Shown in pieces: positions 26,741-34,933 of a stretch of 64,000 nt of DNA. Numbering within the stretch: the stretch's first letter is position 1; the number at the start of each line of letters is the position of its first letter. The position numbers and the translations under genes were made by a program. The stretch is from positions 676 to 64,675 of IMG/VR virus record IMGVR_UViG_3300031992_000093. One strand, 5' to 3'. This stretch comes from a virus. Below the pieces are notes generated by a model, which saw only the letters and a list, made by a program, of their open reading frames with translations, ran no database searches and had not been told where the DNA came from.

Positions 26741-28729
26741 TTATTGAACTTTGAGCTTCGTACAGGAAGCGTCAACTATCAAATTGATTACCTGGGAGTC
26801 CACGTCGATGATGTCTGTGGCCGACTCCCTGTTGTCGATGAAGATGGGGGCGTTTACCTCATTGGCCCGGCAGATGGCATTGATGATGTCAAGCCCGGCA
26901 TTGATTTTCTCTGAGTTGGATAGTACGGAGTAGGGGGTGCCGTGCATCATGCACTCGCAGGTCTCGACTTCGCCACCGTTGATCTGTCGCTCGTACATCT
27001 TGAACTTGACGATGGAGAAAAGGCTGTTGATTTTGCCCTCTACCATGGCCACCTTCGCCTTGCCGAACTCCAAGATGTTGAACTCGATGCCTTCAAGCTC
27101 AGTCAGGGCCTCGTTGTTCTTCTTCAACTCTTTCTCCAGTTCCTCGATGCGCTTCAACGTGGCGGCAATGGTATCACGCTTTGCCAGACGCTTGCGGTCA
27201 TCCTCTATGCCATCAAGCAGGAGGTTCTTTCCATCGGTGAGGAAATCGGTGTCGGGCTTCTCGATGGGCTTGGCGATCTCTGCCTCCAGTGCGGCAATCT
27301 CCTTGTCGATTTGCTGAAGCTCTGAGTCTGAGGCAATGCCGGAGGTGATATCTGGCTGAGTCGGTGCAGCCTCTGTGAAGGGCTTCTCGACGAGTGATGC
27401 CAGAAGGGCTTCTTTCTCCTTGATGACAGCCTCGGACTTGGCAATGCTCTCTTTCAGCTGGGCCACCTCAGCGGCAACCTTCTGGCCGTTGGTCTTATTC
27501 TCGCTGAGCAGATGGGAGGTGTGAGCATTGTATGCCTGTCGCTGTTCCTCGATGCTGCGGTCTATCTGGCTCTGCTCATAGGGACGGCCACAATGCGGGC
27601 AGACGGTTTCAAGGTTCTCTGGGTTGAACTCACGGGCCTTGATGCTGCGCCACTCGTCACGGAGTCTGTTAAGCCGCTGTTCTCGCTCGTTGATGTCACA
27701 TTGTAGGCTGATGATGACTTCACGCTCACGTCTGATTTCAGACTCGGCCATCCTGCGGCGCTGGCTGGTGTCGAAGCTCTGCTGCTGTGCTGCAATGCGT
27801 CGGTTGTTGTAGTCCTCAGTCTGCTTATAGAAGTCTTTCAGCAGTTCGTCGCGGACGGCACCCTCACGGACGGCACGCTGGCGTTTCTTCTCGGCAAGTT
27901 CCTTGGCTTTAGAGGCTGTTTCCTGTGCCTTGGCTTGGTAAGCCTTGCCCTCGTCGGCAATCTGGCCGTCAAGCTCCTTAATCTTCGCCTCCTTCTCCTT
28001 GATGTCCTTTTCAAGGGCTGACCAGTCCTCGGCCTCCGGCATCTGGCGTTTGTTCTCGTCGATGCGTGCAGGGATGGTCTCGATGGCTTCCTTGATGCGC
28101 TTCTTCTTCGCTCCGATCTCACGCTTGTATTCATCCAGCGTCTTGTAGCTCAGCTGCTCGGCGAGGTTGGCGAACTTCTCCTGGTCACTGGCCGCTACGT
28201 CGGCATCGGTGAGGTCACCTGCCATCTGGAACAGCATACCGCGCTGGATGGCTGGCTTCATGGAGGGGAAATAAAGAGGGTTGGTAATGAGCTTGAAGAT
28301 GCTCTCGTCGCAGATGTCGGCAATCTTCTTGGCAAATTCAGTCTTGGAACAGGGTACATCGTTCCAGTAGCGTTCCTCGCTGTTGCCGTCATAGACTGCT
28401 TCCTGTGAGCCGCGTTTCTTGACCCAGTTCTCAACGAAGCAGCGTTTGAGGTTGATTTCAACACCATTAACCTCGATGCAGGCAGAAACCTCATGCGGCA
28501 GCTTCGGGATAATGTTGTTGTTCTCGTCATAGGTTCTGATGCCGAAGTTCTGGCGATCCTGGCTGTCCTTGTCGAACATGAGCCAAACAAAGGCATCGAA
28601 TAGGGTGGTCTTTCCTGTGTGGTTCGCGCCGTAGATATTGGTCTCGTGCTCGTCGAAGTCCACCGTCAACTCCCGTACACCCTTGAAGTTAAGGAGCGAC
28701 ATTTGCCTGATAATGATACTTTTATTCAT
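26741..28729 (-). CDS. SMC/SbcC-like AAA ATPase of the recombination module
   Basis: Walker A GANHTGKTT, long coiled coil with CPHC hook, then LSNSEK and PIFIDNRES. Confidence 0.9.
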   Translation of the reverse strand: MNKSIIIRQMSLLNFKGVRELTVDFDEHETNIYGANHTGKTTLFDAFVWLMFDKDSQDRQNFGIRTYDENNNIIPKLPHEVSACIEVNGVEINLKRCFVENWVKKRGSQEAVYDGNSEERYWNDVPCSKTEFAKKIADICDESIFKLITNPLYFPSMKPAIQRGMLFQMAGDLTDADVAASDQEKFANLAEQLSYKTLDEYKREIGAKKKRIKEAIETIPARIDENKRQMPEAEDWSALEKDIKEKEAKIKELDGQIADEGKAYQAKAQETASKAKELAEKKRQRAVREGAVRDELLKDFYKQTEDYNNRRIAAQQQSFDTSQRRRMAESEIRREREVIISLQCDINEREQRLNRLRDEWRSIKAREFNPENLETVCPHCGRPYEQSQIDRSIEEQRQAYNAHTSHLLSENKTNGQKVAAEVAQLKESIAKSEAVIKEKEALLASLVEKPFTEAAPTQPDITSGIASDSELQQIDKEIAALEAEIAKPIEKPDTDFLTDGKNLLLDGIEDDRKRLAKRDTIAATLKRIEELEKELKKNNEALTELEGIEFNILEFGKAKVAMVEGKINSLFSIVKFKMYERQINGGEVETCECMMHGTPYSVLSNSEKINAGLDIINAICRANEVNAPIFIDNRESATDIIDVDSQVINLIVDASCTKLKVQ

Positions 28730-28739
28730 ACAAATACTA

Positions 28740-29033
28740 TTATTTATGTGTGAAACAATAAGTGTTCGCTTTCGATTCCGTGACGGCCTTTGTCTCTACC
28801 TTGTTTGTACGGAGCCAGTTTTCAATCTCCGTCTTGTCGAAGAAAATCTTGCCGCCAAGAGGTTTGTAGAATGGGATCGTCTTGTTGGAAGTCATGCGGT
28901 ACAGATTGCCAACGGTGAAGCCAGTCATAAGGCTGACGTCCTCGATGGTGAGTATGTCCTTTGCTCCCATCAACACCAGACGCTCAATCTTGTCGAGCCG
29001 TTCATTGATTTGTAAGTATTCCTCGCTTGCCAT
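28740..29033 (-). CDS. Excisionase-like HTH protein
   Basis: LTIEDVSLMTGFTVGNLYRMTS..IPFYKP.G..IFFDKTEIENWL. Confidence 0.85.
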   Translation of the reverse strand: MASEEYLQINERLDKIERLVLMGAKDILTIEDVSLMTGFTVGNLYRMTSNKTIPFYKPLGGKIFFDKTEIENWLRTNKVETKAVTESKANTYCFTHK

Positions 29034-29298
29034 GTTCCTGCTTTTTGTTTACGGTGTTCAGCCTCCAGACGAACAGCCCGGCAATGCCTATGCATATCGC
29101 CGCCAACAGAATCGAGCTGTCAGCAGCGAGGATGCCAGTAAGCATGAATACCATGATGATATTCACCAGCACTACCTCGCGTCTTGTCACGGGGCCGTCT
29201 TCACCCATTACTTGTGTTCCTGTTTCGCTCTTCGCATCGAGCCATGCCTTGACAGCCGATACCCGCTGAGCGTAGCGGTTAGATAGATAATTCTTCAT
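29002..29298 (-). CDS. Small two-TM membrane protein
   Basis: Two hydrophobic stretches. Start embedded in the ACGCAATACTGGTATG motif. Confidence 0.7.
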   Translation of the reverse strand: MKNYLSNRYAQRVSAVKAWLDAKSETGTQVMGEDGPVTRREVVLVNIIMVFMLTGILAADSSILLAAICIGIAGLFVWRLNTVNKKQEHGKRGILTNQ

Positions 29299-29315
29299 AC
29301 CAGTATTGCGTTTTG

Positions 29316-29543
29316 TTAATCCTTTGTAGGGAAGAGAGTAGCCACAGGAACATTCAGCTCCTTGGCGAGAACAGCTTGCGTCAGCGCATCGGGAATCTGT
29401 CGGCCAATGACCCACATCTTCACGGTAGCCTCGGACTTCTTAGTTACATCTGCCATGCGGCGGATGAACTCCTTTCTTGGGGTTGGAAGAGGTGGCCGCT
29501 TAGCGTACCCCTCGTAAATCTCCTTGAATGACTTTGGTTCCAT
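29316..29543 (-). CDS. Cro-like HTH regulator
   Basis: MADVTKKSEATVKMWVIGRQIPD...LAKELNVPVATLF. First gene of the leftward operon. Confidence 0.85.
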   Translation of the reverse strand: MEPKSFKEIYEGYAKRPPLPTPRKEFIRRMADVTKKSEATVKMWVIGRQIPDALTQAVLAKELNVPVATLFPTKD

Positions 29544-29590
29544 TTTACGTTAAATTTCCTTTTTCTTAATTGTTTTCCGCACTTTTTGCG

Positions 29591-29631
29591 TATCTTTGTC
29601 GCAACTTTCAAAGGTTGTCGGTGCAAAATTA
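29591..29631. promoter_or_regulatory. Lysis/lysogeny switch promoters in face-to-face arrangement
   Basis: TATCTTTG on + at 29591-29598 (toward the repressor) and TAATTTTG on - at 29624-29631 (toward cro). Confidence 0.55.
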
Positions 29632-29711
29632 AAGAAAAGTTCTGAATATCTTCACCACAAATGGAGAAAATCTTCTGAATTTTTGAAATTTTTAACAAAA
29701 AGACTATTTTT

Positions 29712-30143
29712 ATGAGTACAATTAAAGAGCGAATAACCGAATTTATCGAATCCAAGGGCATTTCCGTAAATGCTTTTGAGACATCGGTAGGACTGAGTAA
29801 GAGTTATATGGCCAAGGTCAAAGGGTCTCTTGGCTCTGATATTCTGGAGAAGATACTCACCACTTATCCAGAGATAAACTGCATGTGGCTTATCAAGGGA
29901 GAAGGTGAAATGTTCCGAACTGATTCACCACCAGACGATGAAGCTATTCACCATGAGGACGGTCATACTATAGTCGGTGGCCATGTATCAGGCAATGGCA
30001 ATAATATCTCTCACAACGACCACGACAATATCTCTGGTATGATTGACCTGCAAAAGGGCTACCAAGACTTGTTGAAGAAGAGTCAGGAGCAGATCGACAG
30101 GCTCATTGGCATCATAGAGAAAGGAGGCAAGGATGATAGTTAG
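29712..30143 (+). CDS. CI-like repressor (HTH, no S24 peptidase domain)
   Basis: IKERITEFIESKGISVNAFETSVGLSKSY...YPEINCMWLIKGEGEMF. Divergent from cro. Confidence 0.85.
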   Translation: MSTIKERITEFIESKGISVNAFETSVGLSKSYMAKVKGSLGSDILEKILTTYPEINCMWLIKGEGEMFRTDSPPDDEAIHHEDGHTIVGGHVSGNGNNISHNDHDNISGMIDLQKGYQDLLKKSQEQIDRLIGIIEKGGKDDS

Positions 30144-30306
30144 GATTCAGGATTTTGTTGACAAGTGGAAGATTGCTATTCCACAAGAACTATTCATCGA
30201 CATGATGAAGGCTCAGCTAAATGACAAAACATTCTTCCGACTGAATGAGGAAGATTTCGACATCATCAAAACCAATTATAATAAGATTTATGGAAAAGTA
30301 TTATGA
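30133..30306 (+). CDS. Small hypothetical protein (57 aa, not in the ORF track)
   Basis: MIVRIQDFVDKWKIAIPQELFIDMMKAQLNDKTFFRLNEEDFDIIKTNYNKIYGKVL* fills the gap and overlaps both neighbours. Confidence 0.55.
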   Translation: MIVRIQDFVDKWKIAIPQELFIDMMKAQLNDKTFFRLNEEDFDIIKTNYNKIYGKVL

Positions 30307-30463
30307 AATGGCCATTGCAGCCTTGATAGATTGCATAAAGAACGGCACCAGCGACAAAGCTCTGGAAGAAGCCCAGTTCAACCTACAGAACGCCCTCGGT
30401 ACATCGACAGATGGTAAGACAGCAGAACTATTGGAGTCAATCAAAGAACTGAGGGGCTTATGA
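30290..30463 (+). CDS. Small hypothetical protein
   Basis: Starts MEKYYEMAIAAL; near-abutting stop/start overlap with the next gene. Confidence 0.55.
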   Translation: MEKYYEMAIAALIDCIKNGTSDKALEEAQFNLQNALGTSTDGKTAELLESIKELRGL

Positions 30464-30741
30464 GTAAGAGACGTGCATACAAGCAAGAGACCATCGACTG
30501 CCAGCAGCGGTTCTTCGACGTGCTGCAGATACTTCTCGATGGCGACAAGGTGCCGGGTGGAATGACTGGCTTCTGTGAGACATACGACATAGACAAGCGC
30601 CACCTCTACGAACAGAGAAAGGACATGGGTAAGGGTTATTTCGAGGTTGCCTGGATCCTTCCCCTTATCAAGTATTTCAAGGTCAATCCTACATGGCTCC
30701 TTCTCGGAACTGGAGAGCAGTTCAGGAAGAGGACTATATAA
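30460..30741 (+). CDS. HTH-like protein of the lysogeny operon
   Basis: FCETYDIDKRHLY...YFKVNPTWLLLGTGEQF, a repressor-like tail motif. Confidence 0.75.
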   Translation: MSKRRAYKQETIDCQQRFFDVLQILLDGDKVPGGMTGFCETYDIDKRHLYEQRKDMGKGYFEVAWILPLIKYFKVNPTWLLLGTGEQFRKRTI

Positions 30742-30745
30742 CAAC

Positions 30746-30779
30746 AAAAGCGGGGCCAGTTTTCGTGACCTCGCTTTTT
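30746..30779 (+). terminator. Intrinsic terminator of the repressor operon
   Basis: AAAAGCGGGG...CCTCGCTTTTT. Confidence 0.6.
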
Positions 30780-31120
30780 CATCTTTCCCCATACCCCTAT
30801 TTTACTCTTTCTATTTTTTCTTTCTCTTATTCATTATTATAATATATATATAGGCAAAATTCCAGCAGGTGCCGCTACTTTTGCCGCGGCGTTTGTCGAT
30901 AGTTTTGCCGCGACAAATCACACGAAAAATAAGCAGTTCGGGCGTTTTGGTTAACGGATTTAACAATTAACACCCAAAATGATGAAAAACGTGTTGCGGC
31001 AAACTTCCAGCAAAAGGGTCGGCAAATGGTGCGGCAAATACTGCGGCAAATGATGCGGCAAATTTCGATTTTTGCCGATAGTTTTGCCGTTACTTTTGTC
31101 GCGGCAAATGACGCGGCAAA
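30780..31120. repeat. Origin-like region: AT-rich tract plus about 15 iterons
   Basis: CGGCAAA/TTTGCCG-type heptamers, mostly at 12-bp spacing (30880, 30892, 30904, 30911, 30997, 31008, 31020, 31032, 31044, 31056, 31071, 31083, 31095, 31102, 31114). AT-rich tract at about 30799-30852. Confidence 0.75.
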
Positions 31121-31122
31121 TT

Positions 31123-32274
31123 TTATTTGTCCTTTTTCAGCCCTATATCTGGTATGTTCATCACCGCCGCCTGCTTGGTCTTGTCGAGCACCTTTGCGTA
31201 TATCTGAGTCGTGGAAAGCTCACGGTGGCCCAGAAGCTTCGAGACGGTGTAGATATCGGTACCAATATCCAGCATCATGACGGCGAAGGTATGCCGGGCA
31301 CAATGGAAGGTTATCTCCTTGGTGATGCCAGCCCGGAGCATCCACACCTTTATTGCATGGTTGGTGGCCGATGCCGTGAGGAAATCGTTAAACACCAAGT
31401 CCGTTGGGTTCCTGCGCTCACCCAGCAGCTCAGCGGCTTGCGGCGTGATGTCGATGTACTCCTGTCCGCTGGTTTTCTTCTGCTTGAAGATGATTCGCGT
31501 GTACTCTCCCTGCTTGTGTACCTCGCTCCATGTCATCTTCATGATGTCTGATCTGCGAAGACCTGTAAGGCATGAGAAGAGGAAGGCACGCTTTACACCA
31601 GGTGCAGGACAATCGGCAGCGGTGATGGCCTTTATCTCGTCAATGGTAAGGTACATTCGCTTGCTTTCCTCGGCCTTGAAGTTGTCAACGCCTCGTAATG
31701 GATTGTCAGAGATAACACCGTCCGCAAGTGCCTGATGTATGCACGCACGGAGCTTGTTGAAGTAGGACAGCTTGGAGTTCCTGGATAGCTTGTGGTACTC
31801 CAGTTCGCGCTCATACCTTGGCGACCACGCCTTGGCATCGTTCTCCAGATAGTCCTTGAAGCCCTGCACCCACTCAGGCGTTATGTCGTCGAAGGTGATA
31901 TCCTCGTTCTTCTCATATATTTTCAGATGCTTATAGCAGGAGTACCAGTTTCCCCAGTTGCCCCTCGACTCCGGCGCACCCTTGCGCTTCTCGCACATGG
32001 CAGAGTAGTAGTCGAAGAATCTGATGTTGTGCTCTGGCTGATGGAAGCCGAACTTTCCGTTCTGATAGTCCACTATGCGCTTGGCCTTGATGGCTTCCGC
32101 AAGCTGCATAGTCTTCTTGTTGGTTTCCTTGTCTGCCCGGCTCTTTTCTGGAATGAGGTAGAGCTTCAAGTATTCATACTCCCTCTTGCCGTTGTGGTAG
32201 AGGTCAAGGTAAATGGAGCTTCTGCCGTCCTTCAGCAGACGCGTCCTTAGTCTGATAGGTTCTGATGATGTCAT
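31123..32274 (-). CDS. int: Tyrosine integrase (Bacteroidota arm-binding type)
   Basis: N-terminal SIYLDLYHNGKREYEYLKLY. Catalytic motifs TGLRRSD, FHCARHTF and LGHRELSTTQIYAK. Confidence 0.95.
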   Translation of the reverse strand: MTSSEPIRLRTRLLKDGRSSIYLDLYHNGKREYEYLKLYLIPEKSRADKETNKKTMQLAEAIKAKRIVDYQNGKFGFHQPEHNIRFFDYYSAMCEKRKGAPESRGNWGNWYSCYKHLKIYEKNEDITFDDITPEWVQGFKDYLENDAKAWSPRYERELEYHKLSRNSKLSYFNKLRACIHQALADGVISDNPLRGVDNFKAEESKRMYLTIDEIKAITAADCPAPGVKRAFLFSCLTGLRRSDIMKMTWSEVHKQGEYTRIIFKQKKTSGQEYIDITPQAAELLGERRNPTDLVFNDFLTASATNHAIKVWMLRAGITKEITFHCARHTFAVMMLDIGTDIYTVSKLLGHRELSTTQIYAKVLDKTKQAAVMNIPDIGLKKDK

Positions 32275-32276
32275 AC

Positions 32277-32573
32277 TTTTGTTGTTTTGTTGCTTGAATG
32301 ATAACGAGCAACAAAGTAACAACAAAAAAACGACAAACGGACTAAAACGGACTCAAAACACCCTATTTATAACTATATTTAAGAAAAATGCCTGTTTTCG
32401 GGGCTTTTCTGAGTTCTTTTGCGGTTTTTCTGATACCGTTTGTTATTGTCCTACTTTCCGACGCAGAAACGCTACTTTCCCACGCAGAAATTAGACAAGT
32501 CGCTGTAAGTGTGCTGATTACAAGCATCTTAGGCGATTCTTGTTTCTCGTCGAGCAACAATCCAGCAACAAAA
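32277..32573. other. attP: tandem 18-bp cores matching the 3' end of mnmE/trmE, flanked by arm-type repeats
   Basis: The - strand reads AAT TTC TGC GTG GGA AAG TAG CGT TTC TGC GTC GGA AAG TAG (FCVGK* twice; cores 32472-32489 and 32451-32468). CGAGCAACAA occurs at 32305 and 32551, with related AGCAACAAAA copies nearby. Confidence 0.8.
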
Positions 32574-32602
32574 ATGCAGAAAAATCACTTTCGGAGGGAT
32601 GC

Positions 32603-32639
32603 CAAAAGCCCCCATGCCTGACGAAGGACACGGGGGCTT
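32603..32639 (-). terminator. Intrinsic terminator (for the sRNA and the lysis operon)
   Basis: AAGCCCCCGTG...CATGGGGGCTTTT on the - strand. Confidence 0.75.
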
Positions 32640-32675
32640 ACGCAATACTGATATGTCCTAAAACATTATCAGACG
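32603..32675 (-). ncRNA. Putative trans-acting antisense sRNA (~70 nt)
   Basis: Bounded by a consensus promoter (32680-32711) and a terminator (32603-32639). Contains CATATCAGTATTGCGT, complementary to five start-codon regions. Confidence 0.7.
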
Positions 32676-32679
32676 GGTG

Positions 32680-32711
32680 CAAAGGTAGTCATTTTTTTCG
32701 GAACGGCCAAA
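32680..32711 (-). promoter_or_regulatory. Consensus Bacteroidota promoter driving the sRNA
   Basis: TTTG (32708-32711), 20-nt spacer, TACCTTTG (32680-32687). Confidence 0.7.
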
Positions 32712-33261
32712 TTTTGGAGAGGGAAAAATTATATTGGACTCCCAAACCGAGGTATGGCTGCATCCCTGCCGGGGTTATTCCGTACCCAGCCTGCACTCCG
32801 AAAGTGAACGCCGGGGGAGGCTCCCTTCTTGTGACGGTTATCATCTTACTATACACGCTGATGCTGTCGAGCTTCGCATCAAAGCCGCTTACGTATGCGG
32901 TATAGGTGGAGTCCCGATAGACCTTCTGCGTGATGGGAAGTGAGATCGTCACGCTGTCGCTGTCCTCTGGAATAATTCCGACGGCAATGTAGCATGAGTC
33001 TGGAATAGAATCAGGCTGATTGTTGCCGATTATCGGCTGTTTCCGTCGGTTTCCACGGACTTTGACAGCGGAAGCAGGGATTTTATAGTCCTTGACTGCT
33101 ACCTGTGCGCTGTCGGACGCAGAATCAGGTACAAACGTGCTGACAATGGTTGTGGTGTCGATAGACACCTCTCCCGGCTCTGGCTTGCACACCTGGTTCA
33201 GCAGTACCAGGTTCAGCAATATAGATACCAGCAGCAGGATTGGAACGATACTCTTTTTCAT
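32689..33261 (-). CDS. Membrane-anchored lysis accessory protein (spanin-like position)
   Basis: N-terminal TM, LPITQKVYRDSTYTAYVSG, and a C-terminal beta-hairpin GVQAGYG..PYLGLGVQYNF. Follows the endolysin. Confidence 0.75.
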   Translation of the reverse strand: MKKSIVPILLLVSILLNLVLLNQVCKPEPGEVSIDTTTIVSTFVPDSASDSAQVAVKDYKIPASAVKVRGNRRKQPIIGNNQPDSIPDSCYIAVGIIPEDSDSVTISLPITQKVYRDSTYTAYVSGFDAKLDSISVYSKMITVTRREPPPAFTFGVQAGYGITPAGMQPYLGLGVQYNFSLSKIWPFRKK

Positions 33262-33265
33262 ACCA

Positions 33266-33922
33266 TCAGGCTTTTCCATAGGTTTTCTCAATGTAGTTAA
33301 CGATTCCCTCTACGTGGAGCCTCTCGATGGCGTGACGGCCAGCGTCTGAGGCGAGGAAGGCAACATCATCCCTGTTGTCCTGGAACAGGTTCTCAGTCAG
33401 GACGGCAGGACACGCGGTGTTGCTGAGGATATACAGCCCGGCATTGTTCCAGTATTTCTGGCTGGCCGACGGCTGGCGCATCTTCAAGCCGTTGCCCTTG
33501 GCAGCGTCGAAGAGACAGTCTGCCAGAAGCTTGCTCTTGGAAGAAGCCTTTGGCGACACGTTGACCTGCCATCCTCTGGCCTCATGCCACTTGCCGTCTG
33601 CCCATGCAGCATTCACATGGATGCTGACATAGAGGACGTTGGCGGCACCGTATTCCTTGCACATCTGATTCACATTGGCGACACGCAGGGCAAGTTCCCG
33701 CTGCTGCTCCAGCTTTGCCATTGGCGTCTGCATGGTCTTAGGCAGCTTGTCGCCGTCATAGTCGAAAGCAACGGTGTAACCGAGTGCTTCCAGCTTGGCC
33801 TTGATGTCACGGCCCACCTCACGGCTGTAGATGGCCTCGCGGAATTTTCCGTCGGGCGACCTCTTGCCTGGAGTGGTGAACAGGTGAGCAAAGCCGATGA
33901 TGATTAGGATCTTCTTTTTCAT
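33266..33922 (-). CDS. Endolysin, N-acetylmuramoyl-L-alanine amidase (Amidase_3)
   Basis: Motifs H..TPGKRSPDG..RE, YVSIHVNAA and CPAVLTENLFQDN. Confidence 0.9.
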   Translation of the reverse strand: MKKKILIIIGFAHLFTTPGKRSPDGKFREAIYSREVGRDIKAKLEALGYTVAFDYDGDKLPKTMQTPMAKLEQQRELALRVANVNQMCKEYGAANVLYVSIHVNAAWADGKWHEARGWQVNVSPKASSKSKLLADCLFDAAKGNGLKMRQPSASQKYWNNAGLYILSNTACPAVLTENLFQDNRDDVAFLASDAGRHAIERLHVEGIVNYIEKTYGKA

Positions 33923-33934
33923 GACCTTACTGAT

Positions 33935-34435
33935 TTAGAAATCGTCGTTGTCTAATGTTGTCCTACTGCCGATATCCGGGGTTTCTTTCTCCTTGACTCT
34001 CGCCCTCAGAATCTCCAGTACCGTTTCCTTGTCGAGAATGTTAGCCAAGGCAGCAGCGGCATCATCCATGCGCTTGCGCTGCTTCTTGTCGGCTTTCTCC
34101 TTCACGCTCCATGCCTCTACGATGCAGAGGACGATTCCCCAGGCAATCGTCATCAGCGGAACGAAATAGGAGCCGTCCATGAGCATTGCCCAGACGAAGT
34201 GTATCATGGTGTCGATACACACGCCAATGAGCAGGATGCCCTCATAGATCAGGAACTTCGTAAGCGTCCGTGACGCTGCATAGCTCGTTTTCTCGTCGCC
34301 TCGAAGCGTGGCCTTGCGCCAGCCCGAGACGAAATCCACACCCATAGCCACGATGACGGCTACCATTACAAGGACGGCAAGCATGTACATGACACCCATG
34401 CCGTTAAATACAAGTTCTTTCATTGTCTCATTCAT
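33935..34435 (-). CDS. Holin
   Basis: Three TM segments, DFVSGWRKA and EAWSVKEKA. Upstream of the endolysin. Confidence 0.85.
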   Translation of the reverse strand: MNETMKELVFNGMGVMYMLAVLVMVAVIVAMGVDFVSGWRKATLRGDEKTSYAASRTLTKFLIYEGILLIGVCIDTMIHFVWAMLMDGSYFVPLMTIAWGIVLCIVEAWSVKEKADKKQRKRMDDAAAALANILDKETVLEILRARVKEKETPDIGSRTTLDNDDF

Positions 34436-34922
34436 TGTTATAAAGTTGGTTTACCCAGTCTCGCGCCGCATCCTTCTCTTCCCATCCTGCAGCAAGGGTC
34501 TGCTGGATGAAGGAAATTGCACCAGTATAGAAGTCCGTAAACGCGTTCATGCTGTTGAATGTGTGGTACATCGGCAGTCCGTCGGCATCCTCTCCAAGCT
34601 TGAACTTGATGGGGAGCTGGGCACCCTCCGTCTGTACTGCGACGTCATAAGCCGCCTTGAAGTTGAACTGGTTCTCAGATGACAGGTACACGTTCTTTCC
34701 CTGCCACCGATAGCCTGTCAGAATCTTCTGATCCGTAAGTGAGTCCACATGGTCGGTGATGACCTTCAACACTTCGGATGCCGTCGGCCGATGGTCAAAC
34801 CTGTGCCGATAGTCGAAACCCTGGCCATCCTCTTCGCCATGGCCATAAATAAGAACACACTGGCCCGTACCAAGCACTATAAGCTGGTCGCGCCTCTCTT
34901 CTGCTCCATAACACTTTTCCAT
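34428..34922 (-). CDS. Conserved phage protein (DUF4376-like, tail-fibre associated)
   Basis: VYLSSENQFNFKAAYD..LPIKFKLG..GWEEKD. Confidence 0.7.
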   Translation of the reverse strand: MEKCYGAEERRDQLIVLGTGQCVLIYGHGEEDGQGFDYRHRFDHRPTASEVLKVITDHVDSLTDQKILTGYRWQGKNVYLSSENQFNFKAAYDVAVQTEGAQLPIKFKLGEDADGLPMYHTFNSMNAFTDFYTGAISFIQQTLAAGWEEKDAARDWVNQLYNNE

Positions 34923-34933
34923 AGTTGTATTCT

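Noticed and set aside
30880-31120. Repeat array as a CRISPR array, or the overlapping MRQ-repeat ORF 31026-31280 as a gene
   Set aside because: The repeats are 7 bp at a 12-bp period in both orientations, with no spacers or cas genes. The ORF simply translates the iterons.
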